Shown here piece after piece: positions 27,215 to 40,290 of a DNA stretch of 64,000 nucleotides. The notes under the pieces are model-generated. The model was not told the DNA's origin. It worked only from the letters and a program-made list of their open reading frames with translations, and made no database searches. Within the stretch, counting starts at the first letter, position 1. Each line of letters opens with the position of its first letter. The translations under genes and the position numbers were made by a program. This stretch comes from Epiperipatus broadwayi (taxonomy: Eukaryota > Animalia > Onychophora), in contig JAQFVV010000003.1 of NCBI GenBank assembly GCA_028023455.1, positions 1,922,001 to 1,986,000 of the forward strand, given 5' to 3'.

Positions 27215-28450
27215 AATCTTTTTAGATTTCACTCCTCACAACTCCATACCTCAGGAATCATCTCTCAGCTCTCTTCTATTTATCGCATATATCAAACCTC
27301 TCTTAACTGAAATTGAAACAATATTTCCTGGAATATACTTAACACAGCTTAAAACAAATAATTACTCACACCACTTATATGGATAAGTTTATACACAATT
27401 TTAGCAAAATACACAGATCGTTTTTCTTTAAAATTCAATAAAGAAAAAATGGCCATTTGGTCTCTTATCACAGGTTCTTCTATCAAGACTACAACTCCCA
27501 AACCACTCTTTTTTTTTTTTGGATTGCCTTTTCACGTTTGAAAAACCAAGCCATATTCATAATACAAAATCAACTATTAAATTCAATAAATAAAATAATA
27601 AACTCCATATCTAAGGCCTATTTATCTTTTCATAGTAAAATATCATTAATCAATATGCTGGTTTTCCCCAAAATTAACTACTACTCTCTTGTCATTAAAT
27701 TCATCAACTCATTTATTCATAAAATTTATTCGCTCTGCACTCAACTTATTTGGAACAGAAAATGGTTACCATCAGTATCAATAATTTACAAAAGCATTCC
27801 CAAAATAATGACTTATCATTACACAATATCACCACATTTTACTTTCAAAATTTACTTTACAAAAGATCTTTAATTTTCTAAATTTTCGTTATATTTATTC
27901 CCATACGTCCGATACTCCACCACCTAACAAAAATAAATATTTGAATTACCTTATCAATCTAATAAATAAATATCAAATACTAAATGATTTATTTTTATAC
28001 AAATTAAAATATTGAGATCTGCACATCATACAATTACAACTACCTCATCACTTAGACATCCGCAATAGCACACTCACTTATACCAATAAATCAATAATCC
28101 AGAAATTTAAATATTGGTGCTTAAAACTCAAATACCTTGGCTTTATTATCAAAATTAACCTTAATGCTCTACCTACCAAAATGTCTTTCTCTCTAACAAA
28201 ATGAAAAATATCAAACTTGATGCTATCTGCACTTTGTGCCCTAAAGATGAAAAAACTTCACATTTCATTTTTGATTGTTCAGCTCTTCAAATATATATTA
28301 ATATCCAATCTCACACACCACATTACATTATGCCTGCACTTGTAAATGCTATAAAAACTGTTTTCCCCCATCATTAGACTCTCCATTTACCTGCTTTTTA
28401 TTATCTGGTTGTCATTTTGTGTTCAATCCTACTTCTCATAAGTTTAAATC
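27215..28450 (+). mobile_element. L1/Tx1-like LINE 3' fragment (RT to zf-RVT), decayed
   Basis: IPQESSLSSLLFIAYIKPLL, FSLKFNKEK, LINMLVFPKINYY...LIWNRK, NLNALPT, ICTLCPKDEKTSHFIFDC. Confidence 0.75.
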
Positions 28451-29515
28451 ACTGTTTATAAACAAATTGAAAAAAATTTAAGACACGAGATAATGTTTTG
28501 TCCCTTATAGAAATTGTATCTGCCACTTGGAAATTAATAGAACTTACATCACCACTATAAAAAGTAATCTCACACATATCAAATCTGATTTGATTATCAT
28601 ATGATGTAAAATGGCTTGCATTATACCCCAAAACTAATCTATTTAAACATGCTTTTTCTTCAAATATCTTACATATCACAATAAGATCATCTATTTTTTA
28701 CTTTCTATTAAGCAATTATTCTTTAAATCATGTTTTTTCTCTCCTTTTTAAAAAAAATGTTTAATCTCCAATTTTGTTATAGAAGCCTAATAATTGTAAT
28801 CTTTTACTTTTTTTTTATCTTTAATTTTTTTATTCTTTCCATATAATTTATTCTGATCTTTTTTTAACATTTTACACTTTATAAATGTCGTATATTTTCT
28901 CTTCAATCTCCTTTAAACTACATTTACAATCCAAAATCTTTATTTCAATTTTGCATTTTTCCCAATATAAAAAACTTCCAGTTTTGTATCAAATGACAAT
29001 AATTTCATTTTTTTTAAGTTTTATCATATATTCTTTCATACTTTATGCTATTTTTATTCTGATATAAGTTCAACCTATTTATTCATTCATAATTGTTTTC
29101 CATAATTTCAATTCTTTTTCTCTAACCAACTTATCTATCATTTCCCCCATCCTCACTTTATGTATCAGTAACACATTTTCCATATTTGTTATATAAATAT
29201 ATAAAAATAAAAAGTCTATCCATTAACTTTGCATATTTAAAATATTTCTTGTCAACATGTTTCTAGTTCTTTTCACACAATCTAATTAAATACTACTTTT
29301 ATTAATCTATTTTTAATCATATATTATAACTTTCCCAAAATGTTTACTTTTCATTTCTCTCATAAAAAGGTCTATCCTATTTCATTTTGAAATATCCTCA
29401 TTTGCTATCCACAATTTACTGTCCATTTATTATATACATACTTTTTTATATTCTATTTAAAATTTTTGAGATTCTCTGATAAGTAGAAAGTGAAACATTC
29501 CCATATGTTAAAGCC

Positions 29516-29875
29516 AGTTCAGGCCTATAAGATTATATAAGCTGATGAGCTTGGATTGAAAATATTATAGTGTTTTCAATTTAAATCTCATAGTTTTGTA
29601 GTTAAATAGAGATAAAAGGTGGCTGCTGGAGAGTTGCATTAGATCCTAAGATCTAGGTGCCGTGCTCTCACATCCAAGTCTCCTCACTGATAAAGACCAT
29701 AAGCCAAAAATTAGTCTGGGGATATTAGTTGAGTAGGCACTAGATAGGGATTTTATGCACAAGTGTTCTGGAATCCATTGATTACTCTGGCTTGCACTGA
29801 GTGGCAATACATATAGAGAGTTTTGCCTGTTTTAATAACAGTTAAGAGTAAGCCTAAGAAATAGTGATCATGTGA
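29516..29875 (+). mobile_element. Family B dispersed copy, diverged, with degenerate HHR at 29681-29722
   Basis: Colinear with 46810-47160. HHR reads TCCTCA CTGATAA AGAC CATAA GCC AAAAA TTAGTC TGGGGA (core positions mutated). Ends at gtgatcatgtga. Confidence 0.85.
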
Positions 29876-32299
29876 CACTATCTATAAAAATGTGGTATCT
29901 ATTTCATTTGCCTTCAGACAGAGGATTGAGTAGATAAACATATATATAATAAATTATGCTAGGAATGGAAAAGTTTAAATTAGAAGGTTAAAATCATTAT
30001 TACAAAAATGTTGAAAACAGTGAAAATTATTAAAAATCCCTCAACATCAGTGACAATTGATCCCATCATCATGAATACTAAAATTCATGAATAAAAGTGA
30101 GCTCTGTTAGCATATGTGTTTTTAACAATCACATGCACATGTGTAGATATATTTACATTTGTAAGTACACTATAAAAATATGCACAATGCACATATAAGT
30201 AGGTGTGTATGTACACTGCTTGAATACTATAAAAAAATTGGGAATATATTCAATTAAATATCTTTTTATTAATTTGTAATTTTTTAATTTTTTTTTTTCA
30301 GTTGATGAGTAGATGTTGGAAGGTGGGAATAATATACTTCATAATTATAAAAGAAAAGAAAAATTGGAATATGAGATATTCTTTAAGGTAAGAAAGGGTA
30401 TTATGAAAGATACATTGAAGACAGTACAGAAGGTAAAAAAGATTTAAAGAAAAATTGATTAATGCACTTAAGAATAGAAGTAGAAAGAATATATAAAAAG
30501 TTGAACAAGGATAAAAAACTTAGATAATGTAGTATTGTTTTGGTTGTTTAAGATCTATCTCTTCACAGATAACTGATGTTGATGATTAAGCAAAGAACTT
30601 ATATACATATCAACAATTTTAATAAAGTTGTTAACATTTTAAAATGATGTAAAAAGTACTGTATTTATTGATATTTATGATGATTTTCTTTAGCATTACA
30701 TGCTGAAGATGTTTTTATTTTTTACCTTTATATTAGAAGCAATTCACACTTCCTTTTCTCCAAAATCTCAAGCAAGTTTTATAAACAAAGAACACCAAAC
30801 ATCAATGATATATTTAAATTTTCATATTTATTTTTTATTGGCTTTTGAATTTGCACTTACATATTCAACAACTACTTTTACTTTTTTATACTATCCAAAC
30901 TAATATAAGATTCAGAAATATTCAAGACTTGAAATACATGACAATTTGTTTTATAGTTGTATAGGTCTAAAACTAGAACCCAAACTACATCATTGTAATG
31001 ATCTTAGTTTTATGCAAACTCACTTCTGACATTTGGCAAGAGTAGTAAATATTAAAGGAAGCATCACGTAACAGTCTCTGTTTGTTAAAAACATCTACAT
31101 TAGGAACAATAAGATTGTACAATAAACTGGGTAGAAGATAGTATAATTATATCCAAATCTCTGGGGAAGTTTCTGGATAGTTACCTTCTAGTTCTGGAGT
31201 GAAGTAAAATGTAAATAGACCAACTATCTAAACTTAATACTTGATGCAAAAAATTCATTGTAATTTTTTTAAAATAATATTAAAAGATGCTAAAATCAAA
31301 TAGTATAATAAGAGAAATGATAACTAATGTAAGTACAAGTTGCTAGTTGTAAATATAAAAAAGACCACATTTAAGAGTACATTTATCACAAAGTATCTAC
31401 TCTGGGAAGATACTATAAATCTTTTAAGATTCCATTTATACCTTTTTATTTACTTTTAAATCTGACTCACCTGTTTGAAGATGTTTTGTCATTTTTGTCT
31501 TTTTATAATCATTCTATCTTCCATTAAAATTACTAATATATTATCAATAGATTTTTGTGTAAGAGCAAGATGAAAAATTATTCTGAATCCTAATTTTTTT
31601 ATGGTCTTTAAATAGCCATGATTAATACATGATTTAATAGAAATAAAGTAAGTCTTTTGATAGACATTTTTTGTCCAATACTCTGCAAACTTTCATTGCA
31701 TTCTACAACTAATTATTCAAAGATGTAAATTTGGTAACTCTCAAAAATAGATTTAAAAAAAAGAAAAAACAAAATATTCAAAGTTTTTTTTTTAAAAAAA
31801 TATACAATTTATTATTATGTGTAAATCTTTACCATCACATTTTAAATTGCTCATAATATTATGTTAAATTCACTCTAATGGTATAATAAAAAAGTCTGAA
31901 TATGATTATATACAAAAAATAGGATTACAAGCAAAACAAATTAGATGTCGTGTGCTTGCATGTATGCACAAACACATAAAAGTGAAATTAGTTCGGTATG
32001 ACCCAACATTAGCTTTATTATTTTTGATTACATCACAATATCATAGTCAATTCATCAAGTAATGTTTTGTAGAAAAATAAATATTCAGAAATCTTTTAGA
32101 GGAGTCAATTTACAAAGCTATCTGATGTTCATGTAAAAATAAATGTTACTCCTGTATAAAAAAGATTTGAATGTATCATAATCTATTAACTAGATAAATG
32201 GTCATATGGTAAGTTGCTTTATAAGTAACCAGATATTTAAGTGCTCATGTCCATTTGAAAAACAATTCCATTCATTTGGTCAAGTTGAATTTTTTATTA

Positions 32300-33450
32300 T
32301 TTTAAATTGGAATTTGGGTTTTCGGTCCGCCATTTTACCACTATAGAAAATACACAGTGCAGCTAATTAATTAACAATTAGTTATGTGCTTGGACTTAAA
32401 TCTGTTTGCATCTCGTCTAGTATAGACCATACATTTTAAAATTAGTATCAAAGGTAGTTAGTTGTTCTCAAGGCAAGTAGCGTACGAACATCTACGTGGT
32501 ATATAGAGCCTTCTTATTCTTGATAAAGTACGTACATTACTAGACAATTTGATAAGGTCACAGTCACAAGCTATTTTCATTAATATATGTACAGTAAGCA
32601 CTTTTAAAATGTTAAAGATACAATATATATATATATAATGCTTATACGTAAAAGTTTTTTAAATGTACCCTTTTTTCTGTTTATTATTTTCTTTTATTTA
32701 TTTGTCTTTTTTAAAAACATTTCTCGCACTAGTTGAACATGTACTCAAACAAAAGCGATGTCATTTTTCTTCAACTTTGTAACTTAATAAATTATTCTTT
32801 ATATTTATAGACCGTCAGCTTGTAAGCTTTCATGTGGAATTAAATTCCCATCTCTTTTTTTCCTCCGATAAATAAGAAAAACATACCTGGGCAAAACTTT
32901 TAATGTGTACATAGTCAATAATAAGATTATAAATACATATACACAAAAGAAAAAAAAGCTTCACAAACAAAGTCCAAAACATTCTGCAGCTTTAAAAGAG
33001 AGTCTAGATGAAATCTAATGAAGAAATAGCATTAATGTTCTTTTCAGCAAATCGTTCAGAATGTCAATGGATTCTGAAATAAAATCAATTCTAGCCTTTG
33101 AAACTTGTTTGTGCACTGTTGAGGCTTTAAAAAAAGTATTTAGAGGTAGACTGTTTCTTGCATGTTAAAATGATTTAGGCATTACATCGTTGTGCTTTGT
33201 ATTGCGTAAACTCTGATTATGTAAAAGATTAAAACTAACAATAAGATAAATAACAAATTAAAGACAGTTTTTCTTTAAGTGGAAACTAACTTTAAAATAT
33301 CAGTTATTATATAGTAAACAAAACTAATAAAAACGATTAATTCTTATCCACCTAGGGACTATCAACTTAAGAAATTTTTCGAAAATAAAAGACAAGATGA
33401 CGTCGGTAGACAGCAGAGGTTTACAAAAATCATCATAATTGATCATTGCG
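32300..33450. promoter_or_regulatory. CpG-retaining island, candidate bidirectional promoter
   Basis: About 20 CpGs in 1.15 kb against a near-zero background. YY1-like CCGCCATTTT at 32327-32336 and an oppositely oriented AAGATGACGTCG at 33394-33405. A young TE is an alternative explanation. Confidence 0.4.
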
Positions 33451-34608
33451 AAATGAAAGAAAAAATGATAAAATTGTAAAAATGTCAAATATAATAATTG
33501 ATTTTAATGACATCAATCAACCAATTAATCAGTTTAAAGCAATATCAATCTACTGTAGATTGAAGAATTCTCCAAGTCCATAAAAGCTCACCACACCAGA
33601 AAATTTTCTTATTTAATTCAGATTTTTCATACATAGTCTCTATTTCTTTTACAATCTTTTGCAATTCAGTTTAAGATTTTAATCAAAACTTTTATCATCA
33701 ATCAATATGTCCAACCCAACTTCATTTCGACTTCTTTATTCTTTTAATAATGTCAAGAAAACATTTATTCTATCCCATTTACATTTAAGTTTCTATATTT
33801 TCTTACTAAACCCAATATATATTTTTCCAGATTGTTTTATTGTTAAATGTCCAAGTCTAGAATCTAAAAATAAACATTGGCAAAACACTTAAAATTAAAT
33901 TATTTCAATCAAAAGCAATCCATCCAAGTTTTATTCTATGAATAATTTTATCCAATATGTTTCCATCCATATTAATAATCTCACCAAGAGATGCATAATT
34001 GTTAAGCACAAATTCATTATTAGCAATCTTTATTTTCGACTTTTATGAAAAGCCATTAAACATAACTTTAATCTTTTTAGCATTTATGTATGTTCCATTA
34101 ACTGATATCTTTTATAACATTTCTTGAAGCTAGAAAACTTTATTTATGAAATAAGTACATCATCTGCAAAAGTTAGATGATTTTAATATGAAGAAAATAA
34201 TATATTATGTATTTTGAAAAACTTTATACATGTATTATTAATAAATATTCATAATAACATGAATATATAAAGATATAAGGTAAAAAAAACAGATTCACTT
34301 TTAAACCACCTATTGCATGAAAAGTTTTTCTAACAAGCCTCCAAAGAAATACTTAAGAAAGAGCATTAGTCGTCAGACTAAATAATTTGTCACGGGTTTT
34401 ATTCGTTTTCTGTTTGTTTATTTTAAACTCTAACTAAAAATATATTTACATATATATTTATCATCCAGTTATCATAGGGTTAGGAAGTTTGACTGTGGCC
34501 TAGGTATTTAAAAAAAATATATATAAGCTTGTTTGGATCCTAAACAAATTTCAAGTTTATTCAACCCACATCTGATGGGTATATAAACCAACAAACATCA
34601 CATGATTA

Positions 34609-34610
<2 letters not shown>

Positions 34611-34646
<36 letters not shown>
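34611..34646. repeat. (TA)n microsatellite
   Basis: Direct reading. Confidence 0.98.
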
Positions 34647-34649
<3 letters not shown>

Positions 34650-36398
34650 TGTATTAACCACAATAAGAGAAATTATTATCCCTAATCAGATCCATCTAAA
34701 CAAAGAGTTGCTGACATTGACAAACTTATGAAAAAATAGTTTTAAAAAGTTATCATCAGATTAAAATATTGTATTTTAACTTCAGAATGCCTGTGGAAAA
34801 ATATTTCTATGGATTTTTCTGACATATTAAACATACCAAGCAAAGTAAATTATTATTGTTATCTTTATATGTCATTGATATTATATCTCACCTTATCATG
34901 TAGTAGTTCTAATGGCAGTTGCCCAAAAACACAACCAATGTAAATTTGTGTTGGAGTTTAAACAAAGAAAATTCCTAAGACTTTTTTTCAGAAATCTTTT
35001 AATCATCTTTGACTGAATGTTAGTTACATTTTTTAATGACAGCATGTTTAAATGAATATGAATATACAGTTTTTAAAAATATTTATTTATGATAGATAAA
35101 AAAATTATTAACTTTATGGTTTTCAGGTTGTAAAATTATTATCCAAAAAGAGAACCTTAGCATATCACCAGATTGCAGATCTTGGCTGTGGTTTGATGGT
35201 TGTTTATTTGAACACCAAAAATTATAAATTATTCTTAAGAGGAATAAGAACTGAAAAAAAAAAAAAATCATAAAATAATAAATGGAACATTGACAAGATT
35301 TTTTGCACTTAAAAAAAAAGTTAAAAGGACAATTAATTAAAAATTTAAAGTATTTTTGTATAAACACAAATATTAAAGCAAAAATATGTAGCAGAATAAA
35401 TTGAAATAAATGACTAAAAAACATTATGGAGATTGATCAGACAGAATGGCAAGATTAGTTATTCAACTTAATAGAAGGTACCAAATAGAGATAATTCAGA
35501 TTTACACCTCCAATAAATTATCATTCTGATGAAGTAATTTTTTTTTATATACAATAGTTCCTCCTATCCATCACATTTAATTTAAATATACATTTTTAAC
35601 ATATACATATAAATCTATGATAATCTTGTATTTTTTAATGTATACATTAAGATATTACCAAAAATAATTAACAAAAAATAGATTAACATAATTATAAAAA
35701 AAAAACAACAACAGTAAAGCAATAAGTCAGAAAAGAGAAAGAACAACCACATAACTGAAAGAGTGCATATTTATTCTGAGTTTATTATTTTCTTTTAAAA
35801 TGAATGCTAACTATTGGAAATTCATTAAGATAATATTTTATGTTTTTTTTTCCATATAAAAAGCAATGTTATTATGACATTTAATTTATTAAATGAAGCT
35901 GAATATTTATGCTGAATGTATGATTGGCTGAGAGATGATTCATGATAGCACTTTTATAGATTGCACATAAAATATATAAAATTCAAATTTTGACATTTAA
36001 TTTTTTTAAAAGCAAAAATGATTGGTCTTACAGATACAAAAATGAGGTGCATGCTTTTAATTATACTGATCACATATGAAATTGTCAAAAGTTTAATGCT
36101 AGAAGTGAAAATAAAAACTGGACATACAGATTTTGAAGGAAAAGAAAAACTATAATATATATTTTGAAAAAACTTTCAAGAAAAAATTCACATTAAAGCA
36201 TCTAAATAAAAACTACACATAATTTAATTATATTTTGTTTAACAAAAAAGATGTATTTTAAGACATTAATGTGATTAATAGTTTTATCATGTCTTACCAA
36301 TTTATTTATAGATGTGATATAAAATATAGTTTAATGCAAAGCTTAAAAAAAACAAAAGTTATTAAGAAATATCAACTGTAAACATTTACCACTTTTAG

Positions 36399-36544
36399 AA
36401 ATGTATGAGTAAAATTAAAATAGAACTTACAAATCATTTTAAAGTATTATCAGAGTGTGAAACTGACTTAGACTTGAAAGAGATCAGTAAAAACAAAACA
36501 GATATTCTACCAAGAATTACTATGCAGATTCAACAAATAAAGAA
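36399..36544 (+). CDS. Candidate internal exon of an unidentified host gene
   Basis: catttaccacttttag|...|gtatgt flanking 48 open codons: KCMSKIKIELTNHFKVLSECETDLDLKEISKNKTDILPRITMQIQQIK. No homology recognised. Confidence 0.35.
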
Positions 36545-39500
36545 GTATGTCTCCGGTAATGTTTTTAAATAAGACAATGTTTGGAAAAATAAAAATAAAT
36601 GCAAAAATATATACTTTTTAAAAAGAACTGAAGAATTATAATTCTGTAATAATTGATAAAAAAAAAAAGTTAATAATATCTTAAGAAAATATATTAATAA
36701 AATGACAAAGAAAGTTATGAAGGTTCGATAAGTCACACCTAAATAAAATCATACTTAATAGATAATAATTTAATTGTTTTGTTAGTAATTTTGAATTATT
36801 TTGCAGAACAAAAACTAATATATTTAAGAAAATGTCATTTCACAGATGAATAAAATCACCTTTGCAATGATACTTTCTAAATCTGAATTTAAATAAGATA
36901 ATATATATTTTATAACACCAGGAATAAAATAAAATTAAATGCATTTGATGTTTGATTTTAAAATAAAATAATATAATTGGTTCAGCGGGGAGGTTAAATA
37001 TATATATATTTCACTTGATAGTTATTCATTTTTAAATGATTATGTTGCTTTTCTTATATACATTCTCACTGAATTGAATGTGTAAACATAATCAATTTAA
37101 TACATATCTATATATTTTAATCATATATTTATTTTCATCTAATCAAGTTTCATTCAAAATTAAATCTTATCAAGATGTTACATTAATTCCATGTATCACA
37201 TGATTACATATAATTCGAACATTCTCTCTATTGACCAACCTCAATCCTAAAAAATATTTTTAAAATAAAAATTGACATGTATAAAAAAAATTTAGGGTTG
37301 AAATTGTCAATAGAGGAAGTGCTAAGATAACATGTAAATCATGTGATATTCTTTGCAGTTGAAAAGTCAGCTTTTGGCAGGAAAACTAATGATTGTATTA
37401 TAGAATTTATTTTCTTTGACTAGTCTTATTTAGTTTCAAATTTGAGGTAATTTTATTTGTATATATTTTTATAATACAGAATAAAGGGGTGACATGGAAA
37501 GATAGGAAAACCACCATCATCACCAAAAGCATGAGATCAAAGCATGGTATAATAATATATAAGTAGTTATACTAATAATACATTATAAATTACAAATTAC
37601 CTAGCATTACACATAAAAAATCAATAGTCATCATTGCAACTGGATTTAAAAGAGGTACATTATAAGCATACTAATTGTCTAACTACCACCAAACTTAGGA
37701 CACTATATATGAACAATTATTTAGATAAATGCATGTAAGTGCTATTCTATCACTCATAATAAAAATAATGCTGGAAAACTGATACATGTGGGTCACTATT
37801 AGTGCTCTGGCTATATGATACAATTAGTAGACTAGCCAATTATAAAGTAAATTTTAAATAAAATAAACAAAATGCTGTAAATGGATTTTAATGGTGATAC
37901 CTTTGTGTCATTCAGAATTATCTGGATGTGAAACACCAACATAACCCCCTACATCCATCTAACTAATCTAGAGCTATTGCAAAGTCACAAGACTCTAGAA
38001 ATTGTAACTGTGAACAAAAGAAATGATAAATATAACAGTCTATTCTATTTTACTTTAAATAATTTTAAAATATCCTAAAACATTAAACTGTAATAAAGTC
38101 AACTCACACACACTGCCAATCCATAAAACAAATAGTTGGAGAGATAAAGACTTTAACACTAGAATATTTTTAAACAATTATAAATATTAACTAATTAGTT
38201 ATTCCAAAAATTAAACAAAATGGCATGATAATATGATAATTTAAACTTATACATTTTTAGCAAAAAAAATAGTTTTATACAGCAATAATATTAATTTGTT
38301 ATTATCTCTTACTCTATAAATTAACCCACATTAAATTTAAATGGAATTGTTTCCCTTTCAATAACTAAAGTGAGAAAACAATTTTTAATAAAGATAATAA
38401 ATTTTAAATTAGTTAAATACTCTTTTATGATTTTGGAAGAAAAATTAAATAAATAAAAAAAAAATGTGTCAAAAAAATGTTACATTAATAAAAATTATTC
38501 ATTATGACTAAGTATTTTTTATAAAAAAATTACCTAACAAATAAAAATTTTTTAATTAATTAAACATTATAATTTTGGAGGGAAATATAATATAAAAGAA
38601 AAAAACATGTTTCTATGAAGCAAAAAAATATTAATAACATTATTAGTTATTACCAATTATTATTTAATTTAAAACTCCTTTATAAATCTAAATGTAGGTG
38701 CACATGAAAGTACCTTTTTGCCTTGAACTCATTTTTTTGGAGTCCTTCTTGGGCAGTTATAATTTACAGTTTTTCTATTTTGGTCTTCTCCTTGGAGGCT
38801 TTCTTATTCCAGGTTCATAGAAGTTTTCTATTAACACATATTTTTAGTGTAATGCACATTGTTAATTTATACATTTCTGCCATACAATATTTTCATGTTT
38901 ATGCAGAATGAATTTATTCATTTTCTTTCATATTTATTTCCAAATCAGGTTAAAACATAATGAGTTTATCAGTTTTTTAATAATTTATCAGATGTGGGTA
39001 AAGAAAGAATCAGGCATACTGTTGGTTGAAACTATTGCAGATTACTTCAGAGGTATTTTTTCCTTCTTTACATTTTTCTAATGAGCTGGTTACATAAAGA
39101 TAAATAATGTTCAATTTTAGCTACATTTAGCAGATATTTATCTTCATGCCATTTTAGAAAACTTTTTTTCACAGCTAAACTGCCACTTTCTGTTTAAGAA
39201 ACTGAGTCAGAAATGATTACTCTCCTCAATAGCTTGAGTAAAACACATCTTCTTGTAAGACACTGAGATAATTGATTTAATAATATACATATTTTTGGAA
39301 CAATCCTATTAAAAGTATTTTATTTGGTAAAAAAAATTTTTTAATTGAAATGAAAAATTTTTAAAACATTCATAATATTAATAAATTTTATAAAAATAAA
39401 TAATTTATTTTTGGTTGGAAAAAATTAAAAATATTTTTTTAAAAAAATAAAAAAAAAAAAATAAAAAAAAAAATGGGTTAAACCAATCACAATCTTGTCT

Positions 39501-40137
39501 CCCCATGACCAAAATTAAATACAGACCAATTAGGTTTATTTTTACAAAAAGAAATTGTGCAGTTATTTCCTTACTCTTTTTTTTGCAAAACCAGAAAATG
39601 TACTTTTTCTCATATGCTAAAAGAAAAATAAGATAATCAGTTAATTACACTGATTTTATAAATACTGCTTATTATATTGAAGAGAGATAAAGAGAAAAAA
39701 ACAATTATAATTAATTAGAACAAAAATGTGAAAATCTTATTTTTTCCCCTTTGTTTTAAAACTTTATTTATCTCTCTAAAAAGTTCAAATTAAAACTTTC
39801 AGTAAAATTTTTCAAAATTAAAACTAGTAAATAATTACTAAAAAAAGAGATTTAAAATTTTTTTTGCATTATTTTCTAATTTTCTCTCCCCTTTACAATC
39901 AATTATAATTCATTAAAATAATTACATTATTATTTAAAGAAAAATGTCTAGAATTTGTATATGCTTTAGTAAAAAAGAACATCTAATTAAATCAAACTAC
40001 CCATTATTATTAAAAAAAACACATATAGAAAAATTAAATATTATTTCCCCATTAATTAAATATGTTTTAAATTTAAGAAGCTTATAATATCGGCATGACC
40101 AGAGTTGGCTACTGCCCTATATATATATATACATATT

Positions 40138-40142
40138 ATGCC

Positions 40143-40226
<84 letters not shown>

Positions 40227-40231
40227 GGCAT
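40138..40231. repeat. Perfect palindrome: atgccat-(TA)n-atggcat
   Basis: atgccatta (40138-40146) and taatggcat (40223-40231) flank a self-complementary TA run. Confidence 0.9.
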
Positions 40232-40290
40232 CAAATAGAATAATATTAATATTGAACATGGGCTGGTGGAGAATCACCCATTGTTGATTC
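40220..40290 (+). repeat. Dispersed ~70-bp repeat (family C), second copy at 42552-42625
   Basis: atataatggcatcaaatagaat...aatattgaacatggg.tg.tggagaatcaccca.tgttgattc at both loci. Confidence 0.8.

Noticed and set aside
29536-29585. Second hammerhead in family B (CTGATGA/G...GAAA near tataagctgatg)
   Set aside because: No stem II or stem I pairing and the core varies between copies. The adjacent TGAAAACAT/ATGTTTTCA is a simple hairpin.
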